A stretch of DNA of 64,000 bases from a virus (IMGVR_UViG_3300042889_002176:20554-84553), one strand, 5' to 3'; shown: positions 42,025 to 50,863, numbered from the stretch's first letter. Notes: generated from the letters alone by a model not told the origin. Translations and numbers: made by a program.

Positions 42025-44223
42025 ATGTTTGACGTATTTTATTCTGGAAAGAAACCCAACTTGTTTGTGCATGAGCAGGAAGCTGACAGCATTGAGCATG
42101 CGCAGACTCTGAGTCGTACTAGGTATTTCTGGTGGATCACATACTTAGCTGATTATAGCACACATGATTGGGATTTTCAACCTGTGCCTTGGCAAAGCGA
42201 GTACACTCACACATGGCCCAGTCAACATCATGAGTATTCGGGCACATACCTTGTGCCCAGGGGCGGCGAGATCAAATATCACTTTCATGATCGAATTATT
42301 CCAAACAAAAGTTCGACTATGCATTTCTATACTGCAATGTCAAACGCAGAGTTTGATTACTCCTGGGCACCACATCCGCATGATCCTCCTTACATCTATG
42401 TGTTTGGCAACCAGTGGTGGCCAGCAGAGATCATGCCCACAGTAGAATATCATGTGCCGGGTGCAACTGAACGCAAGTACATGACAACACCAAGAGCTGA
42501 GCTGACACAAAATCCCAATCGACCCTGGTACAACGTGGTCAACAGCGACATGGACTATTCATGGGTACCTGATCCTGGAGATGTTCCTTACATCTATGTG
42601 TTTGGCAACCAGTGGTGGCCAGCAGAGATCATGCCCACTGTGGAGTATCGTGTGCCAGGCGCAACTGAACGCAAGTATGTTGCATGGCCACGTGCTAGTT
42701 TGCTAGCAAACTCTGCTAGATGGACTGTGCCTGATTCAGTTGATCCTGCTGGTGTAGACTTTAGCTGGGTACCTGATCCTGGAGAACCGCCCTATGTGTA
42801 TCAGTTTGCTACACAACATCAAAAGACTGGCGGACCTGTTTATCGTGTGCCCGGTGCGGTAGAAGTCAAGTACCTTGCTGAACTAAAAATTCGCACAGTG
42901 GGCAAAGCCACAGCCATATACGAAATTGATCACATGGATGGCGCCGCTGGACAGATACCCAACATCACTCGTCGAGTGCGATACTTTGACAACTATAGAG
43001 ATACCTTGATACGCTTGGCCAAGAGCATAGGCACAGAACATGAATATGTCTGGGTATGCAGCAGCATCTGTGATTACACTGACTTTGACTTCTCGTGGCA
43101 TCCCGAACAATGGCAAGCCACAATGCTGCATGTGTTTGCAAGTGATACAGAAAAGTTTGGAGACACATTCTTCATGCATGTGCCTACCTTTGCTGAGTAT
43201 GCAGAACGCAAGGAATTGCTGGAATGGTATGATTGCAATTTTGTCAGTGTTGGTGTACCTCGCAGACCCATGCCCGTAGTACAACACGATCAAGACAGTC
43301 ATGTGGATGTGGTTCGTACCCGAAACTTTGCCGGTCCACTGGCAGTGTTCACACAGTCCGACTACATGAGCACAAACTTGGTCACTGTGCCACTATGGAG
43401 AGAACAAACCAAGACCATAGTTCCGTTGAATCCTGGTGCCAGCAGTGTGGTTGTACCTCGAACGGCCATACCCTACATCAAGACGCAGCTATATGATTAT
43501 CCCTATGTAGACAAGACGCACTGCATGCTAAAGGATCAGCTACAGGATATTGTGTTCATCTCCAACGGTGAACCCAATGCTGAGCAACATTACAAAAGAT
43601 TGAGTTTGTTGCCCAAGGCTAATCGCCTGGTGCGTGTGAGCAACATCAATGGTCGTGCAGCAGCATATCATGCAGCAGCTGAGGCCAGCACCACACCCTG
43701 GTTCTTTGCTGTGTTTGCCAAGCTGGAAGTGGACATTGACTTTGACTTTACTTGGCAACCTGATCGCATGCAACAGGCCAAGCACTACATCTTCCATGCC
43801 CAGAATCCTGTTAATGGCCTAGTATACGGACACCAGGCCATGATTGCATACAACCGGCAATTAGTATTGGATAACCCGGGTATAGGCCTGGACTTCACAC
43901 TGGACTCACCGCATGAAGTGGTGCCTATCTTGAGTGGCGTGGCACACTATAACACTTCACCGTGGTCAAGCTGGCGCACAGCGTTTCGTGAATGTATCAA
44001 ATTGAAAGCCAGCTTGCCTGATGTGGAAAGTGAATATCGGTTAGGCAAATGGCTTGATGTCAACAGCGACGAAGCAGATCCTCAGTGGAGCCGATGGGGT
44101 GCAGAGGATGCTGTGAATTACTACGATGCAGTCAACGGCAACTTTGATGCGCTGAAGAAAAGCTACGAGTGGGAGTGGCTAGCTAGTTATGCTTTTATCA
44201 AACGCAGTCTAGTACCGAACTAA
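42025..44223 (+). CDS. hypothetical protein (732 aa) with five D(F/Y)SWxP(D/E)P-type repeats, three of them near-identical
   Basis: The repeats are DYSWAPHPHDPPYIYVFGNQWWPAEIMPTVEYHVPGATERKY, DYSWVPDPGDVPYIYVFGNQWWPAEIMPTVEYRVPGATERKY and DFSWVPDPGEPPYVYQF...VPGAVEVKY. Degenerate copies follow (DFDFSWHPEQW, DFDFTWQPDR). Confidence 0.5.
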   Translation: MFDVFYSGKKPNLFVHEQEADSIEHAQTLSRTRYFWWITYLADYSTHDWDFQPVPWQSEYTHTWPSQHHEYSGTYLVPRGGEIKYHFHDRIIPNKSSTMHFYTAMSNAEFDYSWAPHPHDPPYIYVFGNQWWPAEIMPTVEYHVPGATERKYMTTPRAELTQNPNRPWYNVVNSDMDYSWVPDPGDVPYIYVFGNQWWPAEIMPTVEYRVPGATERKYVAWPRASLLANSARWTVPDSVDPAGVDFSWVPDPGEPPYVYQFATQHQKTGGPVYRVPGAVEVKYLAELKIRTVGKATAIYEIDHMDGAAGQIPNITRRVRYFDNYRDTLIRLAKSIGTEHEYVWVCSSICDYTDFDFSWHPEQWQATMLHVFASDTEKFGDTFFMHVPTFAEYAERKELLEWYDCNFVSVGVPRRPMPVVQHDQDSHVDVVRTRNFAGPLAVFTQSDYMSTNLVTVPLWREQTKTIVPLNPGASSVVVPRTAIPYIKTQLYDYPYVDKTHCMLKDQLQDIVFISNGEPNAEQHYKRLSLLPKANRLVRVSNINGRAAAYHAAAEASTTPWFFAVFAKLEVDIDFDFTWQPDRMQQAKHYIFHAQNPVNGLVYGHQAMIAYNRQLVLDNPGIGLDFTLDSPHEVVPILSGVAHYNTSPWSSWRTAFRECIKLKASLPDVESEYRLGKWLDVNSDEADPQWSRWGAEDAVNYYDAVNGNFDALKKSYEWEWLASYAFIKRSLVPN
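42388..42440 (+). repeat. 53-bp perfect direct repeat, copy 1 (inside 42025..44223)
   Basis: ccttacatctatgtgtttggcaaccagtggtggccagcagagatcatgcccac is identical to the sequence at 42586-42638. Confidence 0.8.
42586..42638 (+). repeat. 53-bp perfect direct repeat, copy 2
   Basis: Identical to 42388-42440. Flanking codons are diverged, which indicates a recent in-frame duplication or gene conversion. Confidence 0.8.
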
Positions 44224-45307
44224 TAATGTATTCTACTTCTGAGTCTGTGAGCTCAGGATAGATAGGCAGACTCAGTGCTCGTCTACTCAATGAACTTGCA
44301 GCACTAAGAATACTAGGTCCAGCATACTGTTGATATGCCGCCAGTTCGTGCAATGGATGTTGGTAATGTACTCGAGTCTCTATGCCCGCAGACTTCAGAT
44401 CTGCTTGCAGTTGATCCCGATTGCTGGTATCAATAACAAATTTGTGAAAACAGTGAGTAGACACATTTGAATCGTCGATCAAACAACGAAACGGTGCTTT
44501 ACCAAATGCGTCTATGTAGCGCAGTGCAATTTTTTCCCTGCGAGCTTGCCACGCATCTAGATACACAGTCTTGACCATCATTTGCGCACAGTCTACTTCG
44601 CTCATGCGTGAGTTAGTGCCTGTTTGTGTATGACCAGATCGTTTACCGTTGTCACTCCAGTTACGAGCATAGTCACTTAGATTGCGGTCGTTGGTGACTA
44701 CGGCACCACCGTTGCCGTAGTTGTTTAGATTTTTCATGGGATCAAAACTGATAGCACTGGCTTCGCCCACACGATGGCAACGGTCAGACAACCAGTGTTG
44801 TGCTGCATCTTCAATTATCAGGTGGCTAACACGGCGTAGACTATCAGACAATGCTGCGCCATACAATCCAATGCCAAGTATGGCTTCGTAACTCAGGTGT
44901 GGTGGTTTATCTCTAAATTGCATGTTGCCATTGGCATCGGTGTCAACCAAGTGTATGTTCCATCCTGCTCGTACAAATGCATTTGCACTGGCAGGAAATG
45001 TCATGGCAGGAATTAACACTGTAGGTGGTGTTGGCTGGGGATGCAGGCTATGCTCTGTGCGGTAATAGCCAGCCAGTATCTCCAGAGCCTGTGTACCCGA
45101 ATGGCACAGTACTGCATAATTCGAATGATTTTTTTGAGCCAACCATTCCTCAAACTGTTGAGTGAACTGGCCGTTCATGAGATTGCCAGATGCTAGAACC
45201 TGGTCCGTTGCATCCAGTATCTCCTCTCTGAGATTATTATACTGTCTTTGTAGACCAGTAAACGCTATTTGAAAGCCACTCATAGTAATTTTGGAATCCT
45301 TGTTCAA
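44198..45307 (-). CDS. DegT/DnrJ/EryC1/StrS-family PLP-dependent sugar aminotransferase
   Basis: The N-terminus ...FTGLQRQYNNLREEILDATDQVLASGNLMNGQFTQQFEEWLAQKNHSNYAVLCHSGTQALEIL is the family signature. Its 3' end overlaps the convergent + gene by 26 nt. Confidence 0.7.
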   Translation of the reverse strand: MNKDSKITMSGFQIAFTGLQRQYNNLREEILDATDQVLASGNLMNGQFTQQFEEWLAQKNHSNYAVLCHSGTQALEILAGYYRTEHSLHPQPTPPTVLIPAMTFPASANAFVRAGWNIHLVDTDANGNMQFRDKPPHLSYEAILGIGLYGAALSDSLRRVSHLIIEDAAQHWLSDRCHRVGEASAISFDPMKNLNNYGNGGAVVTNDRNLSDYARNWSDNGKRSGHTQTGTNSRMSEVDCAQMMVKTVYLDAWQARREKIALRYIDAFGKAPFRCLIDDSNVSTHCFHKFVIDTSNRDQLQADLKSAGIETRVHYQHPLHELAAYQQYAGPSILSAASSLSRRALSLPIYPELTDSEVEYIISSVLDCV

Positions 45308-46205
45308 CGTCTACTCGGGGATCAAAGCCCAGTATGGTTCTTGCACGATCGATGTTTAATGCGCCACGACTGGGAAAGTCTGCATCTCGATCTCGACATT
45401 CAATGGTACCAGAACCCACGATCTTCACAATCATTTCGGCTGCTTGTAACAAACTCACTGAATGTGATTTGGTAATGTTGTATGTTCGGTTGGCACTCAT
45501 GATTCTAGTTGCAGCAGCAACCACACCATCGGCAGCATCATCCACATAGGTAAAGTCCAGTGTTTCGCCTGCACCATTGACTTTCAGCACACCGCCACGC
45601 ATGGCGGTCAGCATGAACTTGGCCACCACACGATCCTCCACATCGAGCGGTCCGTACACAGCACTGGGACGAAGTATCACATACTCCATGCCGGTTCTGC
45701 GAGCATAATCTTTGACCAACCATTCACCGGCCAGCTTCATGATACCATACTGTCCTTGCGGCCTGCACTCGTCGTCCTCTAACACTTGATCTTCAAAGTC
45801 GCCGTAGACCATGCTGCTGGACATGTACACAAAGCGGCGGACCTGGTGTTTTTTGGCACTCTCAAGAAGATTGATTAGACCACGCATCATGACATCAGCA
45901 GCCAATGCAGGGTTGGCATTGACTACTTTTTGTCTGGGAAAGCTGGCACAGTGTATGATTACCTCTGGTGTCTCTTTACCAATAATGGCATCCATACGAT
46001 CTGCATTTTCAATGTAGTCGTGATAGTGACTACATGGTGCTAGTTTTTTAAGACGTTCACCAATCAAATAGTCAACTTCTTCACGCGGAATAATACCGTA
46101 GGTGGTTTGGCTATCCACAATGCTCACTGTGTCATTGCGCTGCTGCAAACGAGCCGCCACATTGTGCCCAATCAGCCCTAGTCCGCCGGTTATCAATACT
46201 TTCAT
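45237..46205 (-). CDS. NAD-dependent epimerase/dehydratase (extended SDR)
   Basis: ATG at 46205 (MKVLITGGLGLIGHNVAARL...) gives the GxxGxxG Rossmann motif; a YxxxK-type region (MSSSMVYGD) follows. Confidence 0.7.
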   Translation of the reverse strand: MKVLITGGLGLIGHNVAARLQQRNDTVSIVDSQTTYGIIPREEVDYLIGERLKKLAPCSHYHDYIENADRMDAIIGKETPEVIIHCASFPRQKVVNANPALAADVMMRGLINLLESAKKHQVRRFVYMSSSMVYGDFEDQVLEDDECRPQGQYGIMKLAGEWLVKDYARRTGMEYVILRPSAVYGPLDVEDRVVAKFMLTAMRGGVLKVNGAGETLDFTYVDDAADGVVAAATRIMSANRTYNITKSHSVSLLQAAEMIVKIVGSGTIECRDRDADFPSRGALNIDRARTILGFDPRVDVEQGFQNYYEWLSNSVYWSTKTV

Positions 46206-46477
46206 TGGTTGCCCCATTTCATTTGATACCATGTATACACTTTTTCATCCATCACAGTAAAGTCTCCGGCTCTGCTGTATTCCCAGTATCTTCCGTCTCG
46301 ATATGTTCCTGCGTGTCCAAAACTCGTGAGCAGCCAGTTTTCTGCAGCCATACCTGGCCACCCTTTTATCTTGTACAGTGTGATTGGCACAAACTGTTCA
46401 CCATCCCACACTTGTTTCTTCACAGGCGGCGGCAGTGTGACTTCAGCATCTACATATTCAATTTTTTGTGTCCACAT
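46202..46477 (-). CDS. hypothetical protein (91 aa)
   Basis: Internal ATG (MWTQKIEYVDAEVTLPPPVKK...) of the track ORF 46202..46591. Overlaps the next gene (ATGA). Confidence 0.4.
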   Translation of the reverse strand: MWTQKIEYVDAEVTLPPPVKKQVWDGEQFVPITLYKIKGWPGMAAENWLLTSFGHAGTYRDGRYWEYSRAGDFTVMDEKVYTWYQMKWGNQ

Positions 46478-46793
46478 ATTTGAGCCTCCAAAAAGTTTCG
46501 TTGGATTCGCTGAGTCGTGCCACGATACGATACACCTGATGGTAGCCTGTGTGATCCATATGATGAGTCCAGTAAGGTTTTGATACAGCATGCTCCATCA
46601 CAAACTTGCCTGCGTCTGTTTGTTGCCATTCCCAGATTGGTGCAGCAACATATATGTCCGGATCCTCTACATCACCCATTCTAATTTCATGCACACACAC
46701 GTCACGAAAACGCACTGGCTTGTTGTCCAAAATTTTTGTTTCGGCAGCACGCCAGTGCTTGTATTCGTCTTGTTTGTTATGTACCATTGCCAT
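46458..46793 (-). CDS. hypothetical protein (111 aa), His-rich (possible cupin-like)
   Basis: The ORF starts exactly downstream of the consensus promoter; ...WTHHMDHTGYHQVYRIV... It is the first gene of the transcription unit ending with the epimerase and aminotransferase. Confidence 0.5.
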   Translation of the reverse strand: MAMVHNKQDEYKHWRAAETKILDNKPVRFRDVCVHEIRMGDVEDPDIYVAAPIWEWQQTDAGKFVMEHAVSKPYWTHHMDHTGYHQVYRIVARLSESNETFWRLKYVDTKN

Positions 46794-46798
46794 AACAC

Positions 46799-46828
46799 AT
46801 TATAGCAGATTATTTTATCAGTGTCGAG
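46799..46828 (-). promoter_or_regulatory. sigma70-like promoter P1 (TCGACA-17-TGCTATAAT), leaderless geometry
   Basis: On the - strand, TGCTATAAT is the reverse complement of 46799-46807 and the -35 TCGACA is the reverse complement of 46822-46827, with a 17-nt spacer. The start codon of the downstream gene (46793) lies ~6 nt after the -10. Confidence 0.5.
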
Positions 46829-47496
46829 GTCATTGGAAAAATTGCTGCAATGGCCTGGGCGCAAGCACGAGCAATGTCCATGTGTTCTTTTTGAGTACCG
46901 TTGCTGGCACGAAGCTCAATGTAATGAATCCAGCTGCGCAAGGTACCGTTCATGTACATGCGACTCACAGTTAGTCCTTCTGGCAGCACAGCCCGAGCCT
47001 GTTCTTTGGCAATGCCATTGGCAATGGCCCAGGAGTATTCTTGTTTGACGCTGAACAGCACACGCTTCTGAGCACGTTCCCATTCAATGGCCAGGAGCTT
47101 TTGTGCTTCGTCACTCATGTCTAGCTCTACACTGTTCTGTCGATTCTTTGTGTCCTGGAATCTTGCCTCACGTAGCACAAACGCTTCATCAAGTTCAGCT
47201 GTAGGATCAGCATATCTCTGACTGAACTCCTGGAAGCTGAAACTTCTGTGACGTAGAATCTGTCGGGCAATGTCTCTGGTGGTGACAATTTCCATGCAGG
47301 CACTGACCATCTCGAGTGGACTCCAGTGCTGGTGTTTGACCAAGTATCGGATGAGTTTTTCTGATGTGTCTGTGTTGAACTGATTGGCAGGATTGCTGAC
47401 ACGGGCACAATACGCAATGAGCTCTTGGGCATCGCTGATGCCCTGGTTGGTAAATTCTGCAGTGGGTTCTGAAGAGGAGATAAGTCTAACATTCAT
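46810..47496 (-). CDS. thyX: flavin-dependent thymidylate synthase
   Basis: The ThyX signature RHRSFSFQEFSQRY (RHRxxSxxExSxRY) is present. 228 aa. Confidence 0.85.
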   Translation of the reverse strand: MNVRLISSSEPTAEFTNQGISDAQELIAYCARVSNPANQFNTDTSEKLIRYLVKHQHWSPLEMVSACMEIVTTRDIARQILRHRSFSFQEFSQRYADPTAELDEAFVLREARFQDTKNRQNSVELDMSDEAQKLLAIEWERAQKRVLFSVKQEYSWAIANGIAKEQARAVLPEGLTVSRMYMNGTLRSWIHYIELRASNGTQKEHMDIARACAQAIAAIFPMTSTLIK

Positions 47497-47497
47497 G

Positions 47498-47803
47498 CTA
47501 TTTTAAATTGGTCAAGAGTTTATCGGTTTCAGGTTGTACTAGTTCGGCCACAGCACCGATATCTACCACGAATTCAACGTCACGAACCTGATCATCCAAC
47601 TCCAGCAGTGTGCGAGTTAGTATGGTTTCAAGTTCATTGCTGTCCAAGCCCTGGCGTCGTAGAGTTTGTAGATTTATTGTTTTTTGTCGCTTGCTATGTA
47701 GCTTGATTACTACTTTTTTGATACACTCGAGAGGTACCTCGGTCTTGTGTACCTCCTCAATTATATGCTCCCACATAGCAAGGAATTCATCACTGAACGG
47801 CAT
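47498..47803 (-). CDS. hypothetical protein (101 aa)
   Basis: An ORF tightly packed between thyX and the upstream gene. Confidence 0.5.
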   Translation of the reverse strand: MPFSDEFLAMWEHIIEEVHKTEVPLECIKKVVIKLHSKRQKTINLQTLRRQGLDSNELETILTRTLLELDDQVRDVEFVVDIGAVAELVQPETDKLLTNLK

Positions 47804-48518
47804 CGGCAGTCACTACCTTTTTGCGACTGCGAATTTTGGCAGGGACTGCTTCTGTTGGTGTTGCTGCTGCAACAACTTCACCGGTGTTTTGCACACCTGG
47901 GAACATGCGTTGTGCATCTTTTTTCATTCGGGCAGCTTCAGCAACCAGGCTACGAGCTTCCAGTTCCATACGTTTGGCCTGTGCTAGCATGTTGGTGGCC
48001 AAGGTTTTGTCGTCCAATGCACTGTTGGCATCACTGGTCAAGGGCGCGGCAGCTGGTTGGGCTTGACGTTCGCGGCTGCGTTTGTATTCAGCTTCGGCCT
48101 TGCGTTTCTGTGCAGGATCAACAAAGCCAGCGCTGGCATCTAGTTCTTGCAGTCGCTTGTGGGCCGACTCACCTGTTTCCATCTCGCGAATGATCTGATT
48201 CATTTCATCCAGCTTGACACTGCTTTGTGCTGTGGGTGTTACAATCACTTGGCTTGCGGGAATTTTCTTGATCATTCCTTCACGATGCAAAGCCTCTAGT
48301 TGTGGTCTACCGTCGGGCAATAAATTTCGTCCCAGCACATCTGCTAGATTGGGTGCTGCTTGCCCAGGTAGACTTTCCAAAGTGCTCATGATTGAGTTGT
48401 GAATGTGTGTGGGCAGTGTTTCTGGATACACAACCAAGCACATGTGATCTTCACCAGGTACTTCTCTAAATAAAATTGCGACCTTGCGATCACCATGACG
48501 TCCAATATGTTTAAGCAT
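47790..48518 (-). CDS. hypothetical protein (242 aa), charged/Ala-rich C-terminal half
   Basis: An ORF with no recognised motif. Confidence 0.5.
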   Translation of the reverse strand: MLKHIGRHGDRKVAILFREVPGEDHMCLVVYPETLPTHIHNSIMSTLESLPGQAAPNLADVLGRNLLPDGRPQLEALHREGMIKKIPASQVIVTPTAQSSVKLDEMNQIIREMETGESAHKRLQELDASAGFVDPAQKRKAEAEYKRSRERQAQPAAAPLTSDANSALDDKTLATNMLAQAKRMELEARSLVAEAARMKKDAQRMFPGVQNTGEVVAAATPTEAVPAKIRSRKKVVTADAVQ

Positions 48519-48825
48519 TTTGTTCTCCTTGTGCTTGTTGTTCAGCCAGTTGAGCTGTTGTTACTTCTACAAACTTTGAGAGTTTGTCATAAATGGCACC
48601 TACAGTGCTCATTTCTTGTGCTTTGAAGGCACCGCGATTGGCAGCAGCTTCTAATAGACTTTTGAGTGAAGCCATGTCAGCAATGGTAAGTTGTGCGTTT
48701 TCCATATAGATATTTAATCTATAAAAATACAACGGCAATATTTTTAAATCAATATACTGACATTTAACAATACAGCTTGATGTCTTTGTATTTGACCTTG
48801 ACAAACAGCTCATGCCATTGATCAT
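48511..48825 (-). CDS. hypothetical protein (104 aa)
   Basis: An ORF with overlapping coupling. Confidence 0.45.
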   Translation of the reverse strand: MINGMSCLSRSNTKTSSCIVKCQYIDLKILPLYFYRLNIYMENAQLTIADMASLKSLLEAAANRGAFKAQEMSTVGAIYDKLSKFVEVTTAQLAEQQAQGEQNA

Positions 48826-49006
48826 TGTGCTTTAGAGGCAAATCCAGGAACACAGTTACCAGCGGTCCTACGCTTTCGTTGACCATGATATCAGCGCCGC
48901 ATGTGCCCACAAACGGCACTCCATGATATTTGCCTATAACCCGATCGCCAATGTTGTATTTTGCAACCGGACGATTGGCAGCAAAATACTCAGCTAGACT
49001 GGCCAC
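48764..49006 (-). CDS. hypothetical protein (80 aa)
   Basis: ORF. Confidence 0.4.
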   Translation of the reverse strand: MASLAEYFAANRPVAKYNIGDRVIGKYHGVPFVGTCGADIMVNESVGPLVTVFLDLPLKHNDQWHELFVKVKYKDIKLYC

Positions 49007-49007
49007 A

Positions 49008-49187
49008 CATCACTTCATCTGAAACTTGGACATCTTGTAGTTGGCATATACCATCACTGCATCGAATGCGGCCCAGATGTACTTTTGCTCTACAAAATGT
49101 TCAATAGTGGCCAGACTCAACCAACCAATCAAAAACCAAGAGATCTCATCTTGGTATTCAACATACCATGCTCTAAATTTGCTCATC
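49008..49187 (-). CDS. hypothetical small protein (59 aa), hydrophobic segment
   Basis: MMSKFRAWYVEYQDEISWFLIGWLSLATIEHFVEQKYIWAAFDAVMVYANYKMSKFQMK, with an SD (aaggaa) upstream. It is just below the 60-aa track cutoff. Confidence 0.4.
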
Positions 49188-49230
49188 ATAATATTTTTCC
49201 TTTTTTAATCATAGACTCAAATCAGTCCAT

Positions 49231-49358
49231 TACCACTCTTTTTTGGCCGCCTTGGCCTCTTCAACTATCCTCTTGAACAGTTTCCACAACGGGTTGTAGA
49301 AAAAACCAATAGCAAAGCCATACACAAAGGGCACAAGTGCATTGACAAACTCAGTCAT
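49231..49358 (-). CDS. small membrane peptide (42 aa)
   Basis: MTEFVNALVPFVYGFAIGFFYNPLWKLFKRIVEEAKAAKKEW; the start lies 1 nt after the upstream stop. Confidence 0.35.
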
Positions 49359-49359
49359 A

Positions 49360-49587
49360 TCACACAATCCGTCCGGTCACAGCATAGATCAAATCATCCA
49401 ACACACGTTGGTAGTCTTTTCCGTTGCGTCGAAGCATCCAGATTTGTTGCACCAATTCGTTACTGTCGTATGGCCCGGTGCTGGAAGGTAGTTCTCCGCG
49501 TTCTTCTAGTTCTTCAATCAGATCATCGGTGTCAAAGTCGTGCAAGTCAACATCAACTTCAACTTCTTTGTAAACTGTTTTGTACAT
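49360..49587 (-). CDS. hypothetical protein (75 aa)
   Basis: ORF. Confidence 0.45.
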   Translation of the reverse strand: MYKTVYKEVEVDVDLHDFDTDDLIEELEERGELPSSTGPYDSNELVQQIWMLRRNGKDYQRVLDDLIYAVTGRIV

Positions 49588-49604
49588 GAGTATGCCTTAC
49601 TTGT

Positions 49605-49790
49605 TCATTTAGTAACCTCAACACAGGTAAATTTCATTACCTTAGTTGTTCCAGCAGCCATCTTTTCAGCAGTTTTACCAGCTGCTGCACATTCTTGTTG
49701 AGTTCGGAAACCAGGCACTGAAGTCAGCGCCATGGAATCCTTATCACTCATCATACCAACATGTGCAAATAGTATTAGAGTCCAGAGCAT
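49605..49790 (-). CDS. hypothetical small protein (61 aa) with N-terminal hydrophobic segment
   Basis: ORF; MLWTLILFAHVGMM... Confidence 0.4.
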   Translation of the reverse strand: MLWTLILFAHVGMMSDKDSMALTSVPGFRTQQECAAAGKTAEKMAAGTTKVMKFTCVEVTK

Positions 49791-49791
49791 A

Positions 49792-50589
49792 TTACTTGTT
49801 CATCATGAGTGCGTTGAAGTTTGAGGGAACAACAATGGTCTGCACTTGACCGTTCTTGATACCTTCCGAAATGTTCAACATGGCCTGTGCCTGCATGAAC
49901 GCAATGCTTGCACCTGAGTTGTTGGCCAATGCTGCCATACGACGGCTTTCAGCTTCAGCGGTCTTGACTTCAACTTCCTTCTGCTTGAGTTCGTTTTTAC
50001 TGCGAACCAATGCATTGGCGCTTTCAACCACAGTGTCGGCTGGCACAATATTACGAATCAACACCTGACTGATAGTGATGCTACTGTCTAGTTTTTCTTC
50101 GGTAAGATTACGAACAATTTCTTCCTTGATAAAGGTTTCCATGTCACCACGAGCATCTGCCATGTCCAGGGCCTCGTACTTGCGAGCAGCCTTGTAGATG
50201 GCGTTACGAGCATTCTGTACAATGTAGTTGTACATCACATAGGTATCGCCCTTGAACTCAGCATGAAAGCTCTTGTTCTTGGTACTGTACAACTCTGCAA
50301 CACTTTGTGGGTTGATGTTATAAACAACCACGGCATCCACCTCTTTCATGGTGCTGTTGTCTTTGGCCACAGGAGTCATGTTGTCCAGAACTACATTGAC
50401 ATCCTTGATAGGGAATGTGAGCACTTCACCAATCAAGGTTTGATTGAACGAGCCTGGCAACAGTTCGCCAGATTTTACCTGTTTGTCAAAGCCCACACGC
50501 ACACCGACCTCGCCGGTTTCAATGCGAGTGCAAGCACTAGTAAGAGCCACAGCCGCGGCTACGATAGAAAGTTTAATAACACGATTCAT
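49792..50589 (-). CDS. SPFH/band-7 (prohibitin/HflC-like) lipoprotein
   Basis: Lipobox MNRVIKLSIVAAAVALTSAC. The body is SPFH-like, with a C-terminal coiled-coil/Ala-rich region (…KQKEVEVKTAEAESRRMAALANN…). Confidence 0.6.
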   Translation of the reverse strand: MNRVIKLSIVAAAVALTSACTRIETGEVGVRVGFDKQVKSGELLPGSFNQTLIGEVLTFPIKDVNVVLDNMTPVAKDNSTMKEVDAVVVYNINPQSVAELYSTKNKSFHAEFKGDTYVMYNYIVQNARNAIYKAARKYEALDMADARGDMETFIKEEIVRNLTEEKLDSSITISQVLIRNIVPADTVVESANALVRSKNELKQKEVEVKTAEAESRRMAALANNSGASIAFMQAQAMLNISEGIKNGQVQTIVVPSNFNALMMNK

Positions 50590-50686
50590 TAGATAACTCC
50601 AAAAAAAAGAAAAAGATTGATACCAATCACAATACCCAGCGCAACATACGCCAGGCGTCCAACCACTTCAGAAAACATACAGTTCC

Positions 50687-50863
50687 TTAAAAAATTACCA
50701 CAATTGCTGTCATCAGCATTACTGTTAGCAGTGAAACAATTATACTGTATCCTAGAGATTTTGTCAAGGACCAGCGTTCTTTTCCGTCTATCTTTCGCCA
50801 GGCCGCAATGGCAAAATGTATCACAGCAACCGAAACAAAAAATACCAACCAAAGTCTAATCAT
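50687..50863 (-). CDS. small two-TM membrane protein (~58 aa)
   Basis: MIRLWLVFFVSVAVIHFAIAAWRKIDGKERWSLTKSLGYSIIVSLLTVMLMTAIVVIF, preceded by the ttttggagttgaaga ATG motif. A further 29-aa TM peptide (MFSEVVGRLAYVALGIVIGINLFLFFGVI, ~50592-50681) lies downstream. Both are below the track cutoff. Confidence 0.35.
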   Translation of the reverse strand: MIRLWLVFFVSVAVIHFAIAAWRKIDGKERWSLTKSLGYSIIVSLLTVMLMTAIVVIF

